Assembly (NCBI GenBank): GCA_010909165.1
Contig: MU008189.1
Location: forward strand, 186,001-250,000
Length of the DNA: 64,000 bases
Direction of reading: 5' to 3'
Source of the DNA: Anthoceros angustus
Taxonomy: Eukaryota; Plantae; Anthocerotophyta
Part shown: positions 25,835-36,550 of the stretch, piece by piece
Layout of the letters: every line of letters starts with the position of its first letter
Position numbering within the stretch: the stretch's first letter is position 1
Position numbers and translations under genes: made by a program
Notes under the pieces: model-generated
Told to the model about the DNA's origin: nothing
What the model saw: the letters and a program-made list of their open reading frames with translations, nothing else
Databases searched by the model: none

Positions 25835-26419
25835 ACTTCCCTTGTTGCAGCATAGGTGCTAGGATAGTGATATTCCAGGTCCCTTTGCTTACTGAGGAGA
25901 AGGATCAGAGTTGCAGCGTTGGTGTGTTCAGGAATTTTGCGTTTCACATTGATTCTGTGGCTGGGGTTTTGCTTTCTCGGAGGCTGCCTTGCAGCACTTG
26001 CTTACCTTGCTGGTGGCTGATCTCTGGTGTGCTGTCTACATGGGCAATGCCCTCTGACGAGGAGGGAGGTAGTCCACGCCATCGACTGAGGACAAGGGAC
26101 GTGCCAGCCAGGGTCTTTGCAAGGAGGAGGCGGCCAGCACAACGGCAACGGCTGTCTCTAGGAGGAGACCCAGCGGGAGCAGATCCTGGTGCTGAGCAGC
26201 TACAACCTGCAGGCACAAGTTGGTCCCTTTGCTAACCAGGCCCCGATCCAGTTGCACCAGATTTTGGTGACTTGAGGCAGGATAGTGGAGGCCAAGGTGC
26301 TGACCATTCATTGGTGATTTCAACAGCACAAGGAGGACAGACTAAAGCTGACCTCTCGGAGGGATCTGATACCATGGAGTCAGGGCCATCAAGTAGGCAC
26401 GAAAAATTCTCAGGCAGGC

Positions 26420-27599
26420 CTGGGACTATGTCTTTGAGAGATTTCCGCCTACGTGTGAGTGAGGCAATCAGCCGGGTGAAGTTCAAGCACGCTGCGTTGT
26501 ACAATCACCTGTACATGTTCGAACAGCTGTCTGCCTACATGGCTGATGAGGCATTGGATTTGTACGAGGCTCACCAAGCAGATTTGACTGCCACGGTGCA
26601 GACCTTGAATCCTTTGCACCAGGGGCGCTGCAGCTAGCCTACAATGCCAAGTTGCAGGCCGCCATTACAGCTCATCAACAGGCCATTGCTAATGGCACTG
26701 TTGCTGCCACCGTGCAGCCTCCTACAGTGGTGAGCCCCTCACCCCAGCGGAGAGGACAACAGCAACGCAGGGGATTGATGAGTTCATCCAGACTCCCAAG
26801 CATGCCAACCCCGTGGAGGAGTTTCTGAAGATTCTGGAAAAGGCCTTCCCCTCAAAACTCCGGAGAAAATCGCTGAGTTGGCTACTTTTGCGAGGAAGAA
26901 AGGGAGACAGTCCAGATGTGCTTCCGTAGGCTGCAAAAGCTACGTGAGGGTACTGGCATGTTGACGGATCAGGAGGCAGCGGAGAAATTCTTAGTTGCCC
27001 TGGAGGGTGATTCTCTTTTCACTTCCAGCTTGTGTCCTCCTTGGTGGACAAATATGGTGATAACTACACCTTGGAGCAAGTGCATGAAGAGGCGGAGAAG
27101 AAGGAGATCGCCACCGGTGTTCTCCTCCAAGCATGCCAAGTCCTTCCATCACTACCAGTCCATGTTCACCAACAAGGGGTCAACCACGCATGGGGAGCTT
27201 CCTCAAGGGCAGGGCCAGCTAAGCCAGCCAAGGCAGGGCAGCAGCTACTACAGCAGCAGCAGCACCGCGCAGCCTTATGCAATTACTGTGGCAGTCCAGA
27301 GCACTTGTCCACTGCATGCAAGTGTCCATCGGAGGGTTTGTTCTGCACTCACTGCCAGAAGAACGGCCATGTTGTCACGGTCTGCTTCCAGAAACATCCG
27401 GAGACGGTATCAGAAGGCAAAGGCAGAGGTTGGTGGGACAGCAGTGGCACCTACAGCTGCTGCAGCTGGAACAGCAGGGCCTTCACGGAGCAAACAGCAA
27501 CGTGACAAGGCCAAGGCCAAGAATACTGCCAATGCTGAGAAGGTCGCAACCTTGGAGGCACAACTGGCAGCATTGGCCACGCAGGTGGCCAATCTCTAG
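26420..27599 (+). pseudogene. gag of the DNMT element (frameshifted in this sequence)
   Basis: Two CCHC knuckles, CNYCGSPEHLSTAC and CTHCQKNGHVVTVC. Confidence 0.8.
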
Positions 27600-28319
27600 T
27601 GCTGAAGGAGCCAAACCGGCTGCAGCAGTAGAACTTGTTGCAGTACCTGAAGGAGAGGACTACGGCCTGCCACATCAGGTCTGCACAGCGGATAAGGCAC
27701 CAAGTGACAGCCAAGAGGGACGTGTTGTGATGCCGACCAGCTGGGTGGGGCATGTGCTCCCAAATACCACGCTGGACATTACATCAGCAGCTACTGGACC
27801 TGTCACTAGGCAACGAGGGGCGAGGGCAGTGATGCCTCAATCCTATGTGCCATTGCCGCCAGGTTCTGCCATTCCGATCAGGGGGCAGAGCCATTCTTCA
27901 TCCAGGTCAGAGCCAAGTGGATCAGCCCCTCAAAGGGGGCAGGGCATATCACGTGCGGAAAAATTGTACTTGCTTCCACAGGCTGTCACTGCTGAACAGG
28001 TGGCTAAGAGGCTCACGGAGATCCCACTCTTCACTCTCCAGGAGCTTGAGTTACACCCAGCCGGCTGCAGCAAATGATGCAGACACTAGAAGTTGTGGCC
28101 ACATGCAATGAGCCCGATCCTGTGGTTGCTCATGCCCGATTGTGGGAACTCCCACCAGACAGATCGTCACGCTGTGACAGCAGCCTTCAGCCCATGGAGC
28201 AGCCACGAATGCATTCCGGCTTGCTGGAAGGAGTCTGCAGTGTACAGGTGGCAGGCCAAGTTGGTGACAGACCACGAGTGCAGCCACCAACAGGCTCAAC
28301 ACCGGGTTAGCAACGCTGT

Positions 28320-28640
28320 TGTTGATAATCGAGCAGGGCACGTGACAGTGAATGGTTACGCACCCAGGGTGGTGCTGCTTGACACAGGTGCACAGCCAGT
28401 CATAATCGGCAAGGTGCTGGCAGCCAGGTTGCATCTGAAGGGTGATGCTCTTCGCACATCACCCTGGAACATCAGGACTGCTTCCAGGGCAATTGAGCCA
28501 GTGTGTGGGAAACCATCCGACCGGTGGATATTACCCTTAACCCGGCACGCCAGATGAGATGACCTTGTCATTGCCCTGTCTTGTGACCACAGCCACCAAC
28601 TACGATGTCTTGTTGGGTCAAGAATTTTGTACCCACCAGG
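28320..28640 (+). pseudogene. Retropepsin aspartic protease domain
   Basis: VTVNGYAPRVVLLDTGAQPVIIG followed by a YDVLLG-type motif. Confidence 0.85.
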
Positions 28641-29058
28641 CATTGGCGTGGACAACTGGACGGAACAAGCCTTTACAGGCCTGATTGGAGACAAGGGGCT
28701 CCGTGTGGCGCATCTGCCACTGGACCTTCATGGTAAAACAGTTGCTGATGTGGCCTCGCTTGTAGCCTGCCAAATGGTTTGTGACATTCAGTCTTGCAAC
28801 CTTGGCGAGCTAGTGAGGGACACTGCCCATGTAGAACGGCAGCTGGAGTCTGCAGCTGATGAGGACTCACCTGGCAGTGGCAGCACTTTGTCTCAAGCCA
28901 TGGCTCATCCAGACTACCCTGCTGAGGTGGCCGCACGTTTGCAGAATGCCAAGGCTCAATTGCAACGTGTCCAGAGCCTTGTGGCTACAGGGTTGGCGCA
29001 TCCCACACAGGACAAGCTGCTGAACTGCACTGTGATCACGTGGGCACCTCTCAGCCTG

Positions 29059-30010
29059 AACTAACGGTGGTAGAGCTATTTGGGGTATCTGCACTGGCCT
29101 GGAGGCTTTGCTATTGACGGGCTCACTATCCGCGCTATGTCTATTGTGACAAGGACCCAATAGCCAGGGACATTGCAGCCTTCAGACTGCTTGGGCTGCA
29201 ACAGCGCTTTCACAGCAACTACCCCCAGAGGCCACTCACAGCGTTTTACGGCCTGGCCACAGGATGTGCAGTACATCCAACAGGCCCACATCCATGCTTT
29301 GGGACCTGTGGACATGGTCATCGCTGGCTGGGAATGCCAGGGGTTTTCCAGGGCAGGCCGTGGCCAAGGCTTAGAAGATGCACGTTCAGGCCTCTTTCGG
29401 GACTTGCACCAGGTGCTCGCATGGGCTCAGCAAGATAATCCACGCTGTGCTTATCTCTTGGAAAACACACCTGCCCAGCTGGACTCACGCCCACATGTGC
29501 AACAGGACATGGTGATTGTGCAGCATTATGTGGGCTCCCATTCCTTATGGATGCTGCCCAGGTGGGTAGCTATGCCCACAGGCTACGCAATTATTGGACA
29601 AACCTTGTCCCTCTTTCGGTTCAGCTAGCCTTACGTGGCACCACCAGGGATCCCCACTTGCAGCTGCAGCTGGTCTTGGAACCACATCATCAGCCCAAGC
29701 CAGTCACTGCTAGTGAGCGTGCACCTTGGTTCCCTACCAATGTGCCAGGGCAGCCGAGACAGACGTTGCCCACGCCGTGAGTTTTCCAGGCTCTTTTGCA
29801 TACAGAGCTCAAGGCAATGGCATGCTCCTTAACACTACCACTCAGCAATGGGAGGAACCTGGAGTAGAGGAGCGAGAGCCTGATGGGTTTTCCAACAGGC
29901 TCTACAGCAGCACCTCAAGTCACTCGACCCCAGCGTGCTGCAGCCATAGGCAGAGCCATGGACCTTCACGCCATTACTTGGCTGGTCAGCCTCTGCCTCG
30001 CCTTTCAATT
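29059..30010 (+). pseudogene. C5-cytosine methyltransferase domain, DNMT3-like, copy 1 (frameshifted)
   Basis: Motif I ELF(G)G, IV IAGWECQGFSRAG, VI LLENT, VIII DAAQVGSYAHRLRNYWTNL, IX/X MGFPTG...AIGRAMD. Confidence 0.88.
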
Positions 30011-31008
30011 GCACGCCAAGTTTGCAGCTGTAGCCCTTCCTAGCTTGCTGGCCAGTATGTGCCCAGCAGATGCTGTCCATTTTCCCTTTCCTGGCTACAC
30101 TCACCTACCCTTTTGGCCAGATGCTGGGGGTGGAGCAGCCTACATGGGGAAACAGGTCTGCTTTTTCCGCATCTGACCACAAGGGAAGTGAGCATGGAGC
30201 ATCAACAAAGGTCACAGCTGATAATTTCCCTTGGAAGATGGGGATGAGCTCACAGACCTGCAGAAGCAGAGGATTCACGTGCTACTGCTGAAGTATCGAG
30301 ACTGCTTCGCCTTCTCAATGAAGGAGCTGAAGAGGTGTAATGTGTTGACCTTTAGGATCAACCTTACCACCTCGGAGCCCATCTACAGGAGAAGGTACCG
30401 CCTCAGCAAGACAGAATGGGACATGGTGGACGCCCGCTGCAGGGAATTGCTGGAAGCAGGGTTGATCAGGCCCTCCAGCAGTGACTATGCTGCTGCCACC
30501 GTGATGCCGCCAAGAAGGACAGCCAAGGGCTGTGGACTGAGAAGAGGATGCGGGACTATCGTCCCATAAATGTAGCAACAGCACAGGATCGGTACCCGAT
30601 GCCGACCCCTGAAGAAATTTTTGACCGCATTGGGCAGTCAGTCTTCTTCTCCACACTTGACCTACGCCAAGGATTCAACCAGGTGCCAGTTGCTGATGTG
30701 GCCTCGCTTGTAGCCTGCCAAATGGTTTGTGACATTCAGTCTTGCAACCTTGGCGAGCTAGTGAGGACACTGCCCATGTAGAACGGCAGCTGGAGTCTGC
30801 AGCTGATGAGGACTCACCTGGCAGTGGCAGCACTTTGTCTCAAGCCATGGCTCATCCAGACTACCCTGCTGAGGTGGCCGCACGTTTGCAGAATGCCAAG
30901 GCTCAATTGCAACGTGTCCAGAGCCTTGTGGCTACAGGGTTGGCGCATCCCACACAGGACAAGCTGCTGAACTGCACTGTGATCACGTGGGCACCCTCTC
31001 AGCCTGAA

Positions 31009-31965
31009 CTAACGGTGGTAGAGCTATTTGGGGGTATCTGCATTGGGCTGGAGGCTTTGCTATTGACGGGGCTCACTATCCGGCGCTATGTCTATTGTGA
31101 CAAGGACCCAATAGCCAGGGACATTGCAGCCTTCAGACTGCTTGGGCTGCAACAGCGCTTTCCACAGCAACTACCCCCAGAGGCCACTCACAGCGTTTTA
31201 CGGCCTGGCCACAGGATGTGCAGTACATCCAACAGGCCCACATCCATGCTTTGGGACCTGTGGACATGGTCATCGCTGGCTGGGAATGCCAGGGGTTTTC
31301 CAGGGCAGGCCGTGGCCAAGGCTTAGAAGATGCACGTTCAGGCCTCTTTCGGGACTTGCACCAGGTGCTCGCATGGGCTCAGCAAGATAATCCACGCTGT
31401 GCTTATCTCTTGGAAAACACACCTGCCCAGCTGGACTCACGCCCACATGTGCAACAGGACATGGTGATTGTGCAGCATTATGTGGGCTCCCATTCCTTAT
31501 GGATGCTGCCCAGGTGGGTAGCTATGCCCACAGGCTACGCAATTATTGGACAAACCTTGTCCCTCTTTCGTGCGGAGCTAGCCTTACGTGGCACCACCAG
31601 GGATCCCCACTTGCAGCTGCAGCTGGTCTTGGAACCACATCATCAGCCCAAGCCAGTCACTGCTAGTGAGCGTGCACCTTGGTTCCCTACCAATGTGCCA
31701 GGGCAGCCGAGACAGACGTTGCCCACGCCGTGAGTTTTCCAGGCTCTTTTGCATACAGAGCTCAAGGCAATGGCATGCTCCTTAACACTACCACTCAGCA
31801 ATGGGAGGAACCTGGAGTAGAGGAGCGAGAGCGCCTGATGGGTTTCAAACAGGCTCTACAGCAGCACCTCAAGTCACTCGACCCCAGCGTGCTGCAGCCA
31901 TAGGCAGAGCCATGGACCTTCACGCCATTACTTGGCTGGTCAGCCTCTGCCTCGCCTTTCAATTG
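31009..31965 (+). pseudogene. C5-cytosine methyltransferase domain, DNMT3-like, copy 2 (fewer frameshifts)
   Basis: LTVVELFGGICIGLEAL, YVYCDKDP, IAGWECQGFS, AYLLENT, ERERLMGF, AIGRAMDLHAI. Confidence 0.9.
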
Positions 31966-32199
31966 CACGCCAAGTTTGCAGCTGTAGCCCTTCCTAGCTT
32001 GCTGGCCAGTATGTGCCCAGCAGATGCTGTCCATTTTCCTTTCCTGGCTACACTCACCTACCCTTTTGGCCAGATGCTGGGGGTGGAGCAGCCTACATGG
32101 GGAAACAGGTCTGCTTTTTCCGCATCTGACCACAAGGGAAGTGAGCATGGAGCATCAACAAAGGTCACAGCTGATAATTTCCCTTGGAAGATGGGGATG

Positions 32200-33520
32200 A
32201 GCTCACAGACCTGCAGAAGCAGAGGATTCACGTGCTACTGCTGAAGTATCGAGACTGCCTTCTCAATGAAGGAGCTGAAGAGGTGTAATGTGTTGACCTT
32301 TAGGATCAACCTTACCACCTCGGAGCCCATCTACAGGAGAAGGTACCGTCTCAGCAAGACAGAATGGGACATGGTGGACGCCCGCTGCAGGGAATTGCTG
32401 GAAGCAGGGTTGATCAGGCCCTCCAGCAGTGACTATGCTGCTGCCACCGTGATGCCGCCAAGAAGGACAGCCAAGGGCTGTGGACTGAGAAGAGGATGCG
32501 GGACTATCGTCCCATAAATGTAGCAACAGCACAGGATCGGTACCCGATGCGACCCCTGAAGAAATTTTTGACCGCATTGGGCAGTCAGTCTTCTTCTCCA
32601 CACTTGACCTACGCCAAGGATTCAACCAGGTGCGGTTGCTGAGGAGGACATCAAGAAGACTGCCTTCCATGGATCTCAGCAGCTGTGGGAGTGGCTGGTG
32701 ATGCCTTTTGGATTTAAAATGCACCAGTCACCTTCCAGAGGATAATGGATCTTGTGCTGGCAGGTGCAGCATATTTGATGTGCTACATTGACGATGTCCT
32801 TGTGCACAGCGAGGATTTTGAGCAGCACTTGGCACATCTAGAGGATCTGTTCCTTAGGTTGCGGAAGGCTGAGCTCACGTGCCACCCTCCAAATGTGAGT
32901 TTGGGATGAGCACTGTAGCATACTTGGGACACAAGATCGTGCCCAATGGAGTCATGCCTCATGCAGCCAAGATCCAGGCCATTCAGCGGGTGAAGGAGCC
33001 CACCAATGTGTCAGCACTACGGGCATTTCTAGGATTGTGCAACTATTACAGGGTGTACATCCAGAATTTCAGCAGGATTGCTAAACCGCTGAACAACCTA
33101 TTGCGCAAGGACGTGGAGTGGCTGTGGGATGAGCATGCTCAACAGTCTTTTGACACCTTGAAAGAGCGGCTCAGCACATCACCCATTATGGCTCGTCCCA
33201 ATTTTGACAAGCCGTTTGTGCTATACAGACTGGAGTAGTCTGGGGCTGGGTGCTGTACTTGCGCAAGAGGATGAGCAGGGAAGGAACGTGTGATTGCCTT
33301 TGCCTCACGCAGCAACAACCGTGCTGAGGCCAATTACAGCAGCTATGAGGGCGAATGCCTCGCCGCTGTTTGGGCAGTCTGCCACTTCAGACCTTACCTC
33401 TATGGGCAGCAGTTTACCCTTGTCACTGACCATCAACCCTTGAAGTGGCTGATGACAAACACAAAGCTCAGCGGAAACTTGCTCGCTGGGCCATGATTTT
33501 GCAGGATTACAACTTCCATG
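32200..33520 (+). pseudogene. RT and RNase H of the DNMT element
   Basis: EAGLIRPSSSDYAA, STLDLRQGFNQ, YIDDV, YLGHKI, FLGLCNYYR, NYSSYEGECLA, FTLVTDHQPLKWL. Confidence 0.92.
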
Positions 33521-33899
33521 TGGAGCACAGGCCGGGGTGTCACATCAGAATGCGGACACCCTCTCCAGGAATCCGGATAGCAGCTGTAGGGATGCCACGG
33601 AGGCTAGGCAGGATGAGGATGATCAGCCACGAGGACAGGCAGATTTTGCTGTAGCTGCCTTGGTGGCCATGACATGCCTTGGACAGCTTGAGGTTGCAGC
33701 AGCTCAACATGTCCCCAAGGACATATGGGAGGACGTGCATACAATTCAGTTTGTGCAAACTGGCCAGCTAGGTGAAGATTGGACAGCAGCAGAATGTGAG
33801 CGGTACAGCAACGTGCTGCTGCCTACTACTGGAGAGATGGGTACCTCATCCGGAGGCAGGCCCATGGTGTGGAGCAGCTGGTTCCACCTCCCGGAGATC

Positions 33900-34900
33900 G
33901 TGCTGATCTCATTCAAGAGTACATGATGACATGGGGCATTTTGGAGTCAAGAGGACCTACAGCTTGCTGGCCCCTCACTTCCACTGGTTTGGCATGCATG
34001 CACAAGTCCGGGAATGTGTCGCTTGCTGTGAGCCATGTGACCGTCAAAACATCCTTCACTATGCAGCACCCAGAGCTGCACCCACTCCCCATCATGGGGC
34101 TCTTCTTCAGGTGGTCCTGCGACCTCAGGAGAGCTGCCCAAGACACCAAGGGGTAACGTGTACATCTTGGTGATGATAGAGCACTTTAGCAAGTGGGTGG
34201 AGGCCGTGGCGTTGCCTGACAAGTCATCCAGGAGCACGTCACAGGCTTTCTTGCAGAACGTGCTGAGCCGCTTTGGCAGTTGCGCGGAGTGTCTCACCGA
34301 CCAAGGTTCAGAATTCCGAGGGGAATTCCAAGACATGTTGGATGTGGCACTAATTGACCACAGGAGGACCAGCAGGGACCACCCTCAGGCCGACGGGTTG
34401 GCTGAGAGGATGGTTCAAACCATCAAAAAGGGCCTTCGCAAGCTCTGTCTGCAGCAGCCGAAGGGGGATTGGGACATCATGCTGCCTTATATATTGATGG
34501 GGTACCGAATGAGCCGACACGCTTCCCTAGCTCATTTCTCACCCTATTTCCTTCTTTTTGGCAGGGAGCCTGTTCCACCTAGCTCCATCGCTAAACAGAT
34601 GCAGGCCGTGGTCTCGATGGATGATCCAGCCACTTGGGCTAGGATGATAGGTGACAGGGCTGCCCTTTTCCGTCGAGTGATGCCGATGGCTATGGAAAAT
34701 TTGCACATTGCACAGCATCGGGACACACTAAGGTACGCCCACACTCGCAGCGGGAGCTTCAGGCCCAAGCTTAAGAAATTCCAGGCTGGGGATTTTGTGT
34801 ATCTTCAACGCCAAACAGCTGACACTCTTGAGACTTCCAGCAGCAGACATGTGCTTAGGATCAGGAGGTCAAGTCCAATGGAGTGTTGGTGCTGCAGGAT
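33900..34900 (+). pseudogene. DDE integrase of the DNMT element
   Basis: GHFGVKRTY...WFGM...CEPC (zinc finger), WSCDL, HFSKWVEAVAL, LTDQGSEF, HPQADGLAERMVQTIK. Confidence 0.93.
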
Positions 34901-35008
34901 CTGATGGCAGGGTCATTTCTGATCACACCAAAATTGTGCCCGTGCCATCTCCCTAACCTTGACCCCACCATTGTAACAGCTGATTGGATCCCGCCAGCGG
35001 ATTACCCA

Positions 35009-35141
35009 TGCCAGATCTGCAGCCGCACGGATGACGAGAGCTCATGCTGCTTTGTGATGGATGCAATGGGGGTTCCACCTTTTCTGCTTGCAGCCACCTT
35101 TGGCTGAGGTTCCTGAGCAACTTTGGTATTGTTCAAAGTGT
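35009..35141 (+). other. PHD finger at the C-terminus of pol
   Basis: [45 protein letters not shown], a C4HC3 pattern read across about two frameshifts. Confidence 0.85.
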
Positions 35142-35430
35142 GCTGAAACTGCTACTCAGGTGTGACTGTTTCAATTCGTTTTCAGTTGTGAAGATGGATG
35201 TGATTGCATTGCAAGGTTTCATGGCTGCTAGTCACAATTGGGTTCATGTGGCATCTGCCATTCTACGTGTGACAGGTGCTATGGCCCCATAGCGTTGCAA
35301 TCGTGCTTGAGCATGGCTGTGATGCTGATGCTGTTTGGGGTTTCCTTATTCTTTCCTTCCAGGTGCTGGATAATTCCAGTTCTCCTTCTTCGCCATGCTG
35401 CCTTTCTTCTAGCCCGTCCATCAGCTGGGG

Positions 35431-36229
35431 GTGTGGCATGGACAGAATTTCCTTTTTTCTTGTTGCAGCTGAAGGTCGGGCCGGACTGGAGCGGGATGCA
35501 CGTACCTTGTGTGCCCAACAGCCGGTGATGCACATACGGCTGTCGTGGCACCAGACTTGTTTCACAAGAATATATATAGTAGCCTAGAGGTAGGCTGGCT
35601 ATATATGTGATTTTGGCCATTAGGAAATAGCTATTAATTAGCTTACCCCATATGAAGCTATTTAACTGACATTATCAGGATAGGTTATTAGGCCATTTAG
35701 GTCATTTCTAGAACCAGGGCTGCAAACCCGGGTGGCTCGTGGGCTACATCATGAAGCCCGCTGCTGCAACGCCAAAGGATCACGCGAGGTGGTGGCCTCA
35801 TCACACCGAGAGGAGGTGCTTGCTCATGATGGCGGCCAAGACCTCAAGACTGGCGATGGCAGCTGCAACAACCAGTTGTCGAAGTCCGTGGAAAGGGAAT
35901 GTTGCTGAGACTCACGCAAAACCGCGGTGTTGCTGGATTTCTGATTGGAATGCAAGGTTTGGTGTGCATGTGGCTCGAACGATTGCAATGTGTGTGGGTG
36001 CTGCAGCAGGTCACGGATTTACCAACTCCAGGCAGCCCGTGTAGGGCAGCCCTTTGATTCAGATTACGAGGTGCGCCACAGACATGTGAGCGCTGCTGGC
36101 TTGTCTTGTGTGGCATGGACAGAATTTCCTTTTTGCCCTGTTTTCTTGTTGTAGCTGAAGGTCGGGCCGGACTGGAGCGCGGGATGCACGTACCTTGTGT
36201 GCCCAACAGCCGGTGATGCACGCACGACA
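35431..36229 (+). repeat. 3' terminal repeat block B1-A2-B2
   Basis: B (gtgtggcatggacag...gatgcac.(t/c)acg.c) occurs on both sides of A2 and is absent from the 5' end; a G5 run precedes B1. Confidence 0.88.
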
Positions 36230-36539
36230 AGATGCTTTAGAAGAAACTCAGCGAATTCAGGAGCTTAGAAAGGATAGGCATGATGGGAAGTTGAGGAAGC
36301 AGGAAGCTATCATGGCCGGGGATTTGGTTCTTCAATATGATAGCCGTTATATGGACTTCCCGGGGAAGCTTAGATTGAGATGGATGGGACCTTATGAGGT
36401 GGTGGCAATGTATGAGAATGGATCCGTGCAACTACGTGTGCTGGATGGGGATTTGCTACCAACTAGAGTGAATGGGTGGGAGGCTAAGAAGTACCTTCAG
36501 CTTGAGGTATCTGTTGTTTGCGAGGACGCAAACAGGTGA
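36230..36539 (+). pseudogene. Integrase C-terminus of the outer element
   Basis: DALEETQRIQELRKDRHD...GDLVLQYDSR...GKLRLRWMGPY...VNGW. Confidence 0.85.
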
Positions 36540-36548
36540 GGAGGGGAG
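36538..36548 (+). promoter_or_regulatory. Polypurine tract
   Basis: gaggaggggag, two bases before the 3' LTR TG. Confidence 0.8.
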
Positions 36549-36550
36549 TA

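Larger units (their letters stand above)
24731..36229 (+). mobile_element. Nested Ty3/Gypsy retrotransposon encoding a DNMT3-like methyltransferase and a PHD finger
   Basis: Ends TGTCGTG...CACGACA; domain order gag(2x CCHC)-AP-DNMT-RT-RH-INT-PHD; repeats A1 24731-25309, B1 35431-35540, A2 35541-36106, B2 36108-36228. No TSD found. Confidence 0.9.

Noticed and set aside
29059-31965. Host DNMT3/DRM gene or bacterial dcm interrupted by TEs
   Set aside because: It is intronless, co-oriented and nearly frame-continuous with protease and RT, lacks PWWP or UBA regions, and has DNMT3-order motifs rather than the permuted DRM order.
24731-36229. DIRS/Ngaro (tyrosine recombinase) classification suggested by the split repeats
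   Set aside because: No YR motifs are visible; there is a clear DDE integrase, an aspartic protease and Gypsy-type RT/RH.
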